A DNA stretch of 64,000 nt from Paecilomyces variotii (taxonomy: Eukaryota). Location: NCBI GenBank assembly GCA_004022145.1, contig RCNU01000003.1; one strand, 5' to 3'. Position numbers and translations under genes: made by a program. Numbering within the stretch: the first letter of the stretch is position 1; every line of letters starts with the position of its first letter. Below the pieces are notes generated by a model. The model ran no database searches and was not told the DNA's origin. It was given only the letters and a program-made list of their open reading frames with translations. Shown one piece after another: positions 11,762-25,639 of this stretch.

Positions 11762-14700
11762 ATGTCGCAGGTGCGGCGACAAGACTATGATGACGACCTC
11801 CAAGTCTCGTCTCCGAAGCTCCCCTATTCTCCAACCACGCGCAAGGACTATGCCACCCTACATTCTCCATCTAGTAATAGGAATCTCCTCTCTCGTGATT
11901 ACCTGAACGAGCGCCTGGACGGACAGGTCTCCAATCCGATCAACGTGACTGTCGCAGCTCTGCGCCGACCGAGTCTGTCCCCTCTTAACACCAATCCTCG
12001 ATCCGAACCACCTGCAAAAGTAAAATCGCCGGAGACTTCCCCTCGGAGCCCTGGCTCGCTGCCGTCTGTTGCTGACCACTTGCGGCTCGATCCCCAATCA
12101 CCGAGGGACCCCATATCTTCTCATTATCCGAGCTTTCCAGTCCCTCCGTCGCGATCACCGCAGCAGACTCTGGCCCTCAGGAAGCCCGAACATGGTGGAA
12201 ATATGACTGAACAGACCGTCCACGATCAATCGCAAAAGGGGTCAGACGTCGCGAGCCCGGTGCAGTCGCAGACGTCCGCGCCAACGTCGCCTGCGAATTC
12301 CTCCACGGGGCCAGGGGATCGGCCGCGCGTGATGCCCCGGACATCATCGATAGATTCCGCCATATCCTCTTTGTCCTTGCCCTCCCACTCGCAGAAATCT
12401 TCGTCGGACACGAATGCGGTCAGTACGGCGGACATTAACAACCTTATAACGGCCGCCGGTTCGGCCGAGGCATTGATCGTGCATCTTCTGAAAGAAAAGC
12501 ATCATGCCGCTTCTCAGAATTCGCAGCTCTGGAAGTTGGTGGACAAACAAAGGGCGCTCCTCCTGGGTCTGAACAAGGACCTGGAACGCGCACTCAAGGA
12601 CAAGGACAGATATCGCAAAAAGCTCAAGGAGTTGCAGTGTCAGGTACCGCCCCTGCCGCCAGGTGTAGTCTCGCAGACATCCGATGGACAGACTAGCCCG
12701 CGTGATGTTCTTCCAGCGCACGAAGCCGGTCCAGAAGAGCACTTCAACAAGCACGATCAAATGACCCGGAGCAATCCTACGCTATATGTTGAGCAGACGT
12801 CGCCGCCACTTGAAGATGGACGTATGACGGCCGGATTTCCCGCTCCGCCACAATCAGAGGCCGGCAGGTCACATACTTCGTTTGCCAACAACGGATCCCC
12901 TGTGTTGGATACAACCACCTCCACTTCTGCAGCTCCCGCCTCATCTAGCAAACGCGATGATGGCAATTTGCAGCAGGAAGCGGGTTTCTTAGCTGGTTCT
13001 ACTGTGATACAACATGGTGCTGTCGCCAGCGAAACATTATCAGAGAATAGTATACCATCAACTCTACCTCCACCAAATAGAAAGCCCCCGCCTGCACCCC
13101 TCAATCTGGGTGGAGATGAACATACCGACATGCATCGAACCCAGGATCTTCTGGACGCTTCCGACTCGGACTATGACAATGATGTACTGGAGGTTGACGA
13201 AATTCCGACAGCACAGAGAGGTCGCAGGCCAACAAGGGAAGACGACGATAGAGAACGCGAGGCTGCTTTCATGAGAGAACAAGATGCTCGCAGCCGGTCG
13301 AATAAGAATAAATCGCAGATGTCTCAGCGAAGTCTAACGGTTTCAGATGGAATTTCGCCTACGACCCAAGCCCCTCAAGCAAATCTGCCCTCTAGTCCGC
13401 GCCGGATGCTCGCCCAACCTCCGCCCTTCGCAGGTGCAGGGTATCTATCTCCGCTGGAATCGCTGGCGTCTGTTCTTTCTCCTGATAACAACCGATCCAC
13501 GGCAGCATCTCCCGAACTTCGCCGTGTAGCGTCTCCTCCAATGAGCCCCGGATTACCTGTGAGCCCAAGGCCGAGTGATCGCCCTATAGGATCACCGCTA
13601 CCACGGACACCAAGGGACGCTTCAGGTATGGCCTCGCCGCCCATGTCGCCCAGGAACGATACAGCAGGACGCCCTGCTCCAATTGCTTCTCCGACAATGC
13701 GAAAGCCCAATGGCAGCCAGCCCTTGTCACCTGTTACTGCATCCCCCGAGATGACAATACCCACCATTGACGCGAATATCAAGATCGACAGTCCACGGGA
13801 TATGCCAGATATAAAAAAGGGCATCTATCAGGGTTTAATATCTGAGGAATACCCAGGTCTTCTCTTGCCGCCGAATGCGCTCCCCTCTATAGAAGTGAAG
13901 GTTGCGTCGTCTCGGTTGCGACCCTCGAGGAACAGTTATCTGGGGCTGAAATCAACGGAGGAGGAGCCTGTTTTCACATTGAGTGTGTTCTCCAGGTCCA
14001 GTAGGTCTGAGCTCTGGCGGGTAGAAAAGGTCATCATGGCTCTTCCTCAGCTAGATCATCAGATCAGACAAGTGTCGGGTTTTGCCGGAAAGCTGCCGGA
14101 TCGTTCCACCTTCAGTGGACATTCTCCTGCGAAGGTGGACGCTAGACGCGCTGCACTGAACGAGTATTTCGAGTCTCTTCTTGACACTCCCATGGATGAA
14201 ACAGCAGCCCTGGTGATCTGTCGCTTCCTCACCAGCGATGCCATCGAGCCTCGCGATGATGAGACTACCTTGCTTAAGAACAATGGCAAGGCAAGCCCTG
14301 AGATCCTACGCGGCCCCGACGGAAAACCAAGGAAGGAAGGCTATCTCACCAAGCGAGGAAAGAATTTTGGCGGATGGAAGGCCAGATATTTTGTGCTGCA
14401 CGGACCAGAACTAAAGTACTTCGAGTCGCCGGGCGGCCCGCATCTGGGAACTATCAAAATATACAATGCCCAAATTGGGAAGCAGTCACAACATACTGGC
14501 CCTCAGAATGGCCAAGGAGAGGACGACTCAGATAATCAGTACCGTCATGCATTCCTTATCCTGGAGCCGAAAAAGAAAGATTCATCCGCTCTCGTTCGCC
14601 ACGTACTCTGTGCTGAGAGTGACGAGGAGCGAGACGAATGGGTCGAAGCGCTGTTGCAATACGTTGAGTCGCAATCCTCCGGCGAAGATGCAGCGAACAG

Positions 14701-16308
14701 CACCTCGAAGGGGCATGCTGGACACTCTGGGCATGCACAGACCAAGCAACCGCCCAACTCTGGCCCAACGCGGCAGAGGTCGTTCCATAGCGGTTCAAAG
14801 AAGGGCAGCAGCAAAGGAACGACCAGTCCTGAAAACGATTTCATTGATAATACAGTTCATAATGCTGTCCAGGGTTTTAGTTATGACGATGCTGTTCCTG
14901 CGGAACCGCCCATCTATGGCCCGCCCTATGACAAAGATGTGTCTAGACCCTCTCAAAGTCAACTGGCGCCATTGAATGAACATGCAGATTTTGATCCCGC
15001 CCGCCAGCAGAGTCCGGATCAAGGATCCTTGAACTCGAACACCTCGAAGGTGATATCGGGCCCGAGGAACGGTGCTGTCATTCAGGATGTAGGGGCCTGG
15101 GGAAATAAACCCTCTCTTACGACAAAGGAGAAAAAGCGCAGTATCTGGGGCTTCCGCACGAGGTCGTCATCGGACCTAGCCACGCAAATTCAGGCGAGCT
15201 ACGAGACGCAGACAAGTTTCGGTCATGGAAGCAATTCAAGTGAGCGAAAGGGGCCTGTCAGGGCAGTTTTCGGTATCCCCTTGGCGGAAGCTGTTGAATT
15301 TTGTGGACCCAGGGGACTGGATGTCGGCCTTCCGGCAGTGGTGTATCGATGCATCGAATATCTTCAGGCCAAGGGGGCAGAATCCGAGGAAGGTATCTTC
15401 CGACTTAGCGGGTCTAACCTTGTGGTCAAAGCACTCAAGGAACGGTTTAATGCGGAGGGTGATGTGGATTTCCTGGAAGGAGACCATTACTACGACGTCC
15501 ATGCTGTGGCATCTCTATTCAAGCAATATCTGCGAGAGCTGCCTACAACGGTATTGACACGCGAGCTTCATCTGGAATTTTTGCGTGTGCTCGGTGAGTG
15601 ATCCCCACCTGTTATAGTTGTGTTTCCGTACTAATAACTTCGCAGAGCTGAATGAGAAACCCAAGAAGATCGCTGCATTCAATATTCTTGTGCACAGACT
15701 TCCAAAAGCAAACCTGTCTTTGCTGCAAGCTCTATCGCAATTCTTGATCAGAATTATCAATAACTCCGATGTCAACAAGATGACTGTGAGAAACGTCGGT
15801 ATTGTCTTTGCGCCAACACTGAACATCCCGGCGCCTGTTTTCTCTATGTTTTTGACCGACTATGATGAAATTTTTGGCGATGCGCCGGCAGTCAGTGAGA
15901 AAACGGTTGAGATCACCGTGGATCATTCCACGGATGAGGCGCGGTCTCCTCGCCATCACGCGTTCTCTGACCCCGCGCCTGGTTACGACCAGCGATATGG
16001 TGATACAGCAGGTACTCCGAGAGGGCATTATAATGGTATCCAGCCAGCGTACGATCAGTACTCATACAACACTCAGCCTCATGACTCGGCCCAGCAATGG
16101 AATCAGATGTTAGCCCCCAATGTCGGCAATCCCGCCACGAGTAAAGCGAAGAGAAGGGAGAGCTCCATGCTCTTTATGGATATTGGCCACAGAAAGCACC
16201 CGATGACGGATCTACGCGGCGACCCTGGTAGGCGTCATTCATCCTGACTAGGCATTAAACACCGGCTAACACTAGGGTTTAGTCGCAGAAGAGACTGCAT
16301 TCGAATAG
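11762..16308 (+). CDS. bem3: Rho GTPase-activating protein with PX, PH and RhoGAP domains (Bem3/Rga2-like); introns ~15594-15646 and ~16228-16282
   Basis: PX-like (KLPDRSTFSGHSPAKVDARRAALNEYF), PH (KEGYLTKRGKNFGGWKARYFVL...CAESDEERDEWVEAL) and RhoGAP (VFGIPL...EEGIFRLSGS...ASLFKQYLRELP...NKMTVRNVGIVFAPTL). Start codon and last micro-exon (VAEETAFE*) are inferred. Confidence 0.88.
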
Positions 16309-16989
16309 TCGAGAGCGGACAGAAGCCATGTGAGCTCATGTTTGCTTTCATCATTGGCCTCGTCCCGACATTGTATCTCAGCTGCTCCCCGGTAGCGAGA
16401 CGAAACTCACGAGTTGTATGACGCGAATCAGCACCGTTCGGAGCCTGGCTGCATCTGAACCAAAGGCACAGATATATGTATAATCTAATGGTTAATATGG
16501 GAGTACGCAGGTAGCGTAGCCTGTGCTACTATTGGCGCCTTGGAGTTGAGACTTGATTTCACCGACTTCGTTTCATCGACATGCTACTTTTTTTTTTATC
16601 TATTTTGTGTCTACCCCCGACCCTCCTCTTTTAGCGTCTTCCATTCTCCAGATTCCATTGAGCATTGGGTCGGGCAGTATACCCGCCCTATCCCCTTTCT
16701 TTTCTCTTTCAAGGACTCCATGTGGCCTGTGCTGGAAAACACTTCGGCCGGGTTGAAGTATGCAACAAAAGCAAGTCCCCAGTTTCTTTCCTACTACATC
16801 CAAGGTGTCCTATAGGGTCGAATGACATGGTGTGCTATCTTCGACAATCATAGCCAAAATTTGGAATTCCATCTCTTTCCTGGACGATAGACTAGCCGGT
16901 CTAGCCGGTACCAGCTACTAGGAGACGGCAAGTAGAGTAACTCATTTCGCATTGCGAAGGAACTATACATAATTTGAATCATAACCCTC

Positions 16990-17808
16990 TTAAAACCTAG
17001 ACCGATCGCCCGCCCAAAACCCCATAACTGCTCCGTTTTCAGCAACCCACGCGCGGGCACCATCAACCAGAGCCTTGGCCAAGCCTTTATTTTTATTCTT
17101 GCCATCCCCCGAGTCCGCGCTGCCAGCCAACCCACCAGCAGTAGAAGAGGAGACATGCTGACCGGTCGCATACTCCGAACCCATACTAGGCAAGACATTA
17201 TCCCCAGCACTCAAACTCACAAACAGCGCAAAGGGAACCAGCCAAACACACAATCCGAAATACGACGCAATCTCCGTAAAAGTAGGCATATCCTCCACCA
17301 CGTGCTGCTGATAATACGGCTGTCTCCACGACCCCGGTCCCCTAGCTGGAGGAACTATCGGTTTCGAAAAATGCCTGAACCAAAGCCAATGATTCAACCC
17401 GACCAACGCGCAAGAGAGGATGAAGAGTGAATCGGACAGCTTAACGATCGGGAAGCGTCGGAGGTTGCTGGCGTAGACGAGATGGGATATAATGCTGAGG
17501 AGGGATAGGAGGAATGGGAAGCCATCGAAGAGCCAGAGGAGGGATTGGATGATGATTATCGAGTATATTAACCGGGAGAGGAGACGGCGCGTGAGGACGG
17601 TGTGTTCTTCGACTAGTTCGGAGAGGTAGTATAGGCCGGAGGCTGGAAGAATGTATCATGTATTGTTAGATAGATTCTATTATTTTTCTTTTGATTTGCT
17701 TGTCTTTCGCTGGTAGGGTTCATTCAGAGTCTTCATACCTATGGCTAGAGTAAGGAAGGCGAAGCCGACTATGACGCCTAGGTAGCCTAGGAGAGGAAGA
17801 ATCCACAT
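16990..17808 (-). CDS. svp26: ER-Golgi cargo adaptor Svp26/Erv26 (TEX261 family), 2 exons
   Basis: MWILPLLGYLGVIVGFAFLTLAI|ASGLYYLSELVEEHTV...NHWLWFRHFS...FTEIASYFGLCVWLVPFALFVSLSAGDNVLP. Confidence 0.92.
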
Positions 17809-18554
17809 GGTGTTGGATTGTTATGAGTGTTTCAAATATAGAGGAACGGGTATGCGGTGCCTTAATGGCGCGGGATAGGTGGTCTTTTCTCCTACTCCGT
17901 GGAGAGTTGCTTTCAAGGCGATTGACAGACGCGGAGAATGAATGAGTGTATTCTAGATATGGATGCAGATCAGACGAATTGCGCTGCCATTGCGCGGAGG
18001 GGAGGCCGGAATGACCGGGATAGTCTCGATGATGGATGCGTCTAGCAGAGCGTATGCACTCGCGATTCTCCTGGAGTTGAACTATACTCGTACGGACACG
18101 AGTAGTAAGTAGTTGTAGTAGTAGATAGATAGTACTGTAGTTTCGAATGAATCCGGACAAGCAAGACCGAAGCGGAAGTTCCATGCTGTCATCTACTTGA
18201 TGCCTGAGGTTTCCACAAAATGCCTGAGGCATCAACAAAGAATGATTCCTCCAGAGAAAAAAGTTCGCCCCACTTTTCACCGCAATCGCTCCGATAATAA
18301 TTAATGAATTAATCAATTATTATTTTGTTGCTACTGATTGATGAACAGTGCCCATTCTAAACAGTCTCTTGACACGAAAGAAAAGTGCTTCTTTTGATGA
18401 TTGTTTGAGACCATAATCTCCTTATCCCGGCCAACGTTCGCGATCTCTTTCATCCTTTGTCTCTTGCACGAGCGCCGCCGTATCGCTTCATTATCAGCAG
18501 CAGCTTTTTTTCCCGATCGAATCGAGCGCGAAGCTCACTGCATATTAGCCCAGG

Positions 18555-19512
18555 ATGTCGCGCCCTGAAGATATTCTGTACGTTTGGCATTGATTTTTCA
18601 AGAGGCGATTGTTATTATATATATTGGGCTATCATTCCTCCATGACAACTCAAACAGAAAGACTGATTGCTTTGCTACAATTATAGACCACCAGACCTTT
18701 TCTACAACGATGACGAATCGCGAAAATACACCACATCCTCCCGTATCCGCAACATCCAGTCGGACATGACACATCGAGCGCTCGAGCTCCTCGATCTCAA
18801 ATCACCTTCTCTGATTCTCGACGTCGGCTGCGGCTCCGGTCTATCAGGAGAAATACTCTCAGAAGTACCACCAGAGGAAGGCGGACCGCACACTTGGATC
18901 GGAATGGACATCTCGCCCAGCATGCTGGACGTCGCACTCCGACGAGACGTAGAGGGCGATCTTCTCCTCGCTGATATCGGACAAGGCGTTCCCTTCCGAC
19001 CTGGCTCATTCGACGCGGCCATCAGCATCAGTGCGATCCAGTGGCTTTGCAACGCGGAAACAAGCGACGTCAGTCCCGAAGGACGACTACGCAGATTTTT
19101 CGAGGGTCTCTACGCCAGTCTCCGTCGGGGTGGTCGTGCCGTCTGCCAATTCTACCCGAAGAATGATCTCCAAAGAAACATGATCAGTGCCGCTGCCATG
19201 CGGGCCGGTTTCGGCGCTGGTATTCTGGAAGATGACCCGGGTACGAAGAACAGTAAGCTCTATCTTGTGCTTACAGTCGGCGGAGGCGGTCTTCAAGGTG
19301 ATATTACAAATGTTGTTGATGGAATGGATGATGTCGATATCTTGGACGCTAGGAGAAAAGCAGCAAAGGAGTCCAGACGGTCACAAGCGGCAGCAGATAA
19401 GAAAGGTAGTAAGGCGTGGATCTTAAGGAAAAAGGAGCAAATGACGAGAAAGGGAAAGATTGTTAAAGCCAACTCGAAATATACAGGCAGGAAGAGAGGT
19501 CCTGTTTTTTGA
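18555..19512 (+). CDS. bud23: 18S rRNA m7G methyltransferase Bud23/WBSCR22, 2 exons
   Basis: MSRPEDIL|PPDLFYNDDESRKYT.SSRI..IQ..MT.RALELL; SAM motif LDVGCGSGLSG; C-terminal KYTGRKR. Confidence 0.95.
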
Positions 19513-20368
19513 GTTGTGCTTTTTCTTTTTTCTTTTTTTTTGTTTATTTTATTTTTTTTTATGAAGATTCCCAAAAAGCAAAAAGCATAGAAGCTTCTTT
19601 TTTTAACGAAGTAATGATAATGGTATAACTACAACCTACTAATCTCACCTTTGGACCCCCATTAATCTGGTTGTTCTCTCGACCTTCTTAACATCCCCTG
19701 TATCTAACACGCCCAAGATTCTGTACGAGACAGTCTACCCTGCTGTTTCACAGGACCGGAATACGTTTGTCGCTACGTTTGAACCAAACTGGTCCAGGAT
19801 CCAATACATAAAGGACGGCAACATCCGCCTAGAGATACGATTAACTAGCTTGAGTAAGACCAGGATATAACTAAATCAAGGAGACAAGCTCACTGGCTGA
19901 CGATGTAAATTAGTCATGAAAACCAGCTTATTATCCAGCGGCGAGTAGCAGGCAAAGCATAAAAACATGTCAACTGTGTGTGTATTTAGAGGGAACGATT
20001 GTGATTATCCAAAATCTTACTCGTAACTAGTTAATATTAGTTAGTTAGTTGACCTGGTATTTCTTACATCACAGAGTCATGTGAGATTGACTTTAATACC
20101 TTCCACCTCATTATATTGTCTGAATTGAATGTATACCGACAGCTAAAAATACTTCGATTTTGCAGCTGCACGGAGCTAAATGTCTAAAAGAGCCCGGATT
20201 CTTCCATTCTAGTCTAGAGATGCTTGAGTTTTTTGACGGTGAATCTCTATATAACCAGCAAGAGGGACTTCCTACCTATCCATTAGGCACCGCTCCTTCC
20301 AAATTGAGGAATTTAAATACCTAGCACCCATTTCCAATTTCTCCCACGATCTTCACCACAAAGACAAG

Positions 20369-21388
20369 ATGGTTCTTCCCAGCGAACAACAACCTCTCCA
20401 AGGAGACAACTCTCTTTCCTATACGCCCCAACGCTTCTTCTCAACAGCAGACTTCACCTCCGAAGAGGAGTTTTGTAACCACGCACTGGAGGCAGTTACT
20501 TCTGCGAGACACCACCAAGAGGTTGTATACACCCAGGTTCCACTGGCCTGGGGAGAGGCTGCTTTCAAGTATCTCGACGAGAAAGCTTCTTCTAGGTAAG
20601 ATGAATCCTTCTACGGTCTTGGGGGGGCTTCATAATGCTTACTCCTCAGAAAACATTACAACGTAGTCACCCGCACTTTCTGGATTAGGATCATGCCTAC
20701 TGAACTTCACGATTGTCACCAGATATGGGTGAGAGACGAGATGGTTCAGTGGCTACTTTGGGGTCTCTTGACCCCTAACGAAATCCTTTACCAGCGAACC
20801 CGTGTCGGAACTAGTAAGTAAATCACCATCATTTCAGCACACACACACACACACACACCTCTATCCCCTGGAATTGTGAGACATGCAATGGAGTTGCGCT
20901 AATAGTTCTAATAATCTACAGCAATCGAGTTTCAGTATGCCCCTTATGCCGGTTCTCGCAAAGAACCAGATCTTCTGCTGCGTCCCGATAATCAGAGACT
21001 TCCTGTTCTTGTTATCGAGTCAGGATGGTCCGAATCTATTCCTCGGCTTATGGATGACATGAATCTTTGGCTGGTTGGGGGGAATGGAACAGTGAAGATG
21101 GCCATTATTCTCAAGTGGGAAACTATCAGCAACACCAATCAGGTCCGTGGATTCGCCGAGGTCTACACTCTCGATTCCAACGGGATTCCCATCATGAGCC
21201 AGAGGGAGTCGATCTTCCCAGTTCCCCCTAACGCGCAAGCGCAGGAGATCAGACTGACCAAGCGTATGCTTTTTGGTAACGCGGCCTCTCCTGGCATGAA
21301 CCCCAACATCAATTTGCCTCTGAAATTGGATCGCCTCAGGGTGGTAGCAAGGGATGCGTTATCCTTGATGGGTCTTGTGCCGGCGTGA
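20369..21388 (+). CDS. Hypothetical protein, Uma2-like / PD-(D/E)XK restriction-endonuclease-fold candidate, 3 exons
   Basis: Exons join in frame through GTAAG...CAG introns (~20596-20649, ~20814-20921), giving MPTELHD...GSRKEPDLLLRP...LPVLVIESGWSES..RLMDDMNLWL. Confidence 0.6.
20838..20858. repeat. (CA)10 microsatellite within an intron
   Basis: cacacacacacacacacacac. Confidence 0.9.
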
Positions 21389-21725
21389 TCTACGGCCGGG
21401 TCGTTGCGCATTTGGGGCAGGTGTGGAATATTTAGCTATATTATTAATTAGAATGAATCAACTATAGATATAGTAGCCCAGAATATACTCGGAGGAGCCG
21501 AGACGGGCGATATATTCCTTGAAAGGGTAAAGCTAACCATACGAGGGGATTTACAGAGTCGCTTTACATATTTTAATCATGAATGAATCATTTAGCTTTC
21601 TGAAAGCAATGGCCAGTCAGAAAAGAAATGGGGTCTAAAGCAGACTATGTAGAATTGACTGAGTGGATATCACTATGTGCTGCGGAGAGGGTTTTGTTCG
21701 TATCGAGTTTCTCATCGTTAATGCT

Positions 21726-23619
21726 TCATGCCTCTTGAGGCTCGCACTCTTCCGGAATCAATCTCTCCCGTTCTTCTTCCGCTTCTTCCTCCAGCTGCCT
21801 ACGTCTTATACGGTAGCCTTCAACGTGCACAAATGTTACTAGGATCACTCCAATGACAAAGCCGCCGACAACCAGACCGATGTTGATGGGAATCGGATCG
21901 CCGTGGAAAGTTTTGTAGGTCAGGGCGTTCAATCCATATTGCGAAAAGTTGACTATCCCCGAAAGACAGATAATTGTTCCGTAGATACGACCAAAGGTAG
22001 CGAAGCCGAACACCTTGGCAGCGTAGTCGCTATGAATAAAAGTTAGCCTGACGAACAGGTGCCAGCGAAAACTAGAACAAGGGTGGTACTTACGACATGG
22101 CCGAGTAATAAAGTGGCCTCAACAGGACAAATATTATAACTGTGGCATATCCAGCCCCGATGGACGGGACGCAATTTAATGCTCCAACAAGTGTGGTGAG
22201 AACAACAATGACTGCCAGCATCGTCGGGACACTGAAGCTATCCAAAAGAATGCCAATGAAGGGAGTAGATGCGACACCACCCACAGGGAGAGCGACGTCG
22301 AAGAAATGGTTGATCCGCACAGCCTGACGCTCAGAGCGGAGCATATATTCGTACTGCTGCCTAACGGTTGCAATGAAATAATTCATTCTGAGCATCTGTA
22401 GCACTGTCATCAAGTTGATCAGGATGAACCATGGAGATAGCATCTGTTTGCGGGCGGGCTGGCCGTGGAGGACTCCCCAGACGCCACTAACTGCCTGCTT
22501 CTCCTCTTCTCGTTCCACCCGCTGCTGTCGAACCTCCTCATCTCCCAGAAGCTGGTCGAGCTGGTCCTTTTTCTGCTGTCTACGCTCGGCGCGTCTGCTG
22601 CGGACACGCCACAACTCTGTCTCACTCTCGATCTCGTCGTCCGAATCATGTACATCACGGGTGGCATCTTGAGCTTGCTCGATCTTAACCTCGAGTTGCT
22701 GCACACTTTGATAGCCGTGGGCGGGCATGATAGTCTGTACAAGGAGTATCAATCCTGGAATGATAAGGTAGCCCCCGAAGAATTTCTTCAGGCCGATCGC
22801 ACCACCCGTTGCTTGGTATGCCAGACGATAGAAAAGAAAGACCGCAGCTGAGGCATCAAAGGCTCCCGTCACCAATGCTACTATGGTCCCAGCATATCGT
22901 GGGAACGCATTAGCGATCTGAAACGAGGGCACAAACACAAACGTGCCTCCCAAGGATAGAAAGAGGTTGCCAATGATGTAATTGTCAACCTTGGGCAGCG
23001 GGAAGGCCATGAAGATGCTACCGATGGCTAACAAAATTGAGCCCACGATGTTACAGAGCCGGGGTCCATAGCGATCCAGGATAGTACCAACAGGCAGAGC
23101 AGATATGTTTGTTGTTGTCGAAGCTACAGCAAAGAAGAGATCGAGCCTGGTGGGTTCGCATAAGCATGTGTTCCGGGGAAACTATATTGGTGTGGAGGTT
23201 TAGTACTCACCTCATCTCTTGCCCGTAGCAGACCTCCACATCTTCTCGCAACTCATCTTCCGTACATAAGTCTCGATAGACACCTTCAGAAATCAGAACC
23301 GGCTTCAGAGCAGCGAAGCCAAAAACGATTCCTGCAGCGAACCAACAGGCCAAAATGGTAGCCGTAACCTGGGCTGCGAGAAAGCAAAGGTTAGTAAAAA
23401 GCACCGATCACGTTGATCTCCAGAGATATTATTACCAACTCTCTTTGCTACCGATACTTTGTAGGCAGGAATTCCCACTTGGTCGTCCTTTGGGTTTGTC
23501 TTCCGTGGAAAAGCATCATAGCTCAGTTGGCGCCGGATCGAGCCCGCTGGCTCTTGGCTCGACGGTACATGCTCGCGGTCGACTCCATCTATTGAGGAGA
23601 CGTGCTGAACCAGCGACAT
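21726..23619 (-). CDS. fmp42: MFS transporter, Fmp42/SLC43(LAT3)-like, 4 exons
   Basis: AGIVFGFAALKPVLISEGVY, GTILDRYGPR, GAFDASAAVF, LQMLRMNYFIATV and RPLYYSAMSDY.AKVFGFATFGRIYG motifs; about 12 hydrophobic segments. Confidence 0.85.
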
Positions 23620-23997
23620 CGGGCGACGGACATCGGATTGATTCCAATACAAACAAAACCTGTCCTTAATTTCTCGACAGGAAGAAAGAGACGAGTGCAA
23701 GGGAAACTTGCAAGATATCCAGGCCGGTCAGGTGAGTCTGGAACTTTCCGTGAGCCGAGAATGGAAATCGCACCTGGTTCTTCCCGCAAACAAACGTCAC
23801 CGCCAGCAAGGCTAGTGGTTAGTAGTAACTACTGCTATCTACCTAGGTAGGTACCTAGATACTACAAGAATAATCATGCGCGCTTAGGGGATTGATCTTG
23901 TACTGGTAATTACCGGTTGTGTACAGCCAAGTCACACTGTCGCGGAGTTGTGGAATAATCATATAGCACATATCAGGACGAGACACGAGTTCCGCGA

Positions 23998-24801
23998 TCA
24001 TACCGTTTCCTCCGCGATGGCCACAATGGAGAACCCATATTCTCCGTTTGCTTTATCGAGAATAGTCCTCATGCCCATGCTTAATGCGCCTTCACTTAAG
24101 ACGTCCTCGCTTTCTGTCAGGGTTCCGCGATCAACAGGGCCCTTCATACCGCCATTCAATTCCCACAGGTGGCTATCAGAGCCTTTGACAAATGCAATGA
24201 AATGGTGGAAGTCCTGGTTCAAATTCGTTGGAGCCTCGGTGTCGCCTTTCCTAGCTGCTTCGGCGTGAGCCAGTGCTAGCGACGGGGAATTATACAAAAG
24301 AGCCGCCCGGTCATCCGGCTGGAGTGTAATAGCCTGGCAAAGCAGGCCATCTAAAAGAGACCCAGGCATGATGTACTTCCTGTTAGGTCCATTGCATATG
24401 GAGTGTAGCAGTGCTATGAGACCACAAGCGTGTCCGATTGTCTGCCGGAACCAGATCACGGCCTCTTCTTCGCCGCACCCCGTGTATGCAGGCATTGAGG
24501 AATTTTCCGCTTCTCGAGAACGAGTATATACGGTACCTGGACAGACAAACAGGAGTGCATTGACAGGTCGCGGTATCTGCGCGAGCAAGTCATTATCATC
24601 AAGGGAGTAGATGTCGTGAAAGGTCAATGATGGCGAAACACCTAGGAGTGATGCGAGATGGGACATCACTTCAGGGTTGTTTTCTAGTAGGCATATCATA
24701 CGTTAGTAGAGCTTATTAGCGTACTAGAAAAGGAGCTGCGTACCGAGAGGAATGAACGTCTTGACCCCATCTTTGTTGACAGTTGCATGCTCAGAAGCCA
24801 T
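23998..24801 (-). CDS. Ubiquitin C-terminal hydrolase (peptidase C12, Yuh1/UCH-L3-like), 2 exons
   Basis: MASEH...KTFIPL|ENNPEVM...FRQTIGHACGLIALLH...HHFIAFVK...LWELNGGMKGP. Confidence 0.9.
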
Positions 24802-25568
24802 ACTCGCAAAATACTATCTGCCTTGTCTCGTGAGTGATATGAAGGTCCTCGGACATCGTTCACTATACTTGCACGGAGTGGTAGTTATATCCCGTGTTAT
24901 CGAGTACCTATAGAATAGGTAGGCAGGCGTCGGCCGCGTGTTGCAAGATCAAGCTTATCTCAGCCACGTGAAACTGCGAAAGGCCTGCAGTATCATCGGT
25001 CTCATTCAAGGCATATACATATAGGCTGAGATGAAAATATTACCAGGTGCGCTACGGCTAGGAGGGGCCGTAGCAAATAATCATTGAGCGTAGTGACCAA
25101 GCTGGCTGCTCTGACTAAGCTGGCTGCTGGCGCTGGCGCGCTGGCGCGCTGGCAGATAGTTAGTTAGGTTGATTGCTTAATCAGGTAATTTGTCAGGTTC
25201 TTTTAGTGTAGTAACTTTGGATGATAAATATTGTAAAGAACTACCTAATAGATAAAGCTAGCTAGTAATTGCTAGATAGTATGAGAAGCCGAAGTCTATA
25301 TAGGATAGGTAGGTAGGCAGAAGGGGGATAGGTAGGAGGGATTTAGCTGATATAATCGATATTTCAGACGGACTAATAAGAAGCCAGTATTTAGATAGAA
25401 GAAAATGCTTTAAAAATGAGCTTTAATAGGCAAAAGAAAGCAGGAGATAAGGACTGCGAAGGGTGTAAACTAATTAATATAGACGCGAACCTATATAGGA
25501 GTTGTTTTAATTTCCCGAATTAGAAGGCGGTAATACTGAGCAGTTTAAAACATCTGACAAATCAATAA

Positions 25569-25639
25569 TCACGTGCGGTTTACTCGAGATAGACCAATTA
25601 AATCAGGGGTCACGTGCGGTTTACTCAAAATAGACCAAT
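25569..25639. repeat. Two 30-bp direct repeats (41-bp period), each with CACGTG and CCAAT
   Basis: tcacgtgcggtttactcGaGatagaccaat (25569-25598) vs tcacgtgcggtttactcAaAatagaccaat (25610-25639). Confidence 0.85.
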
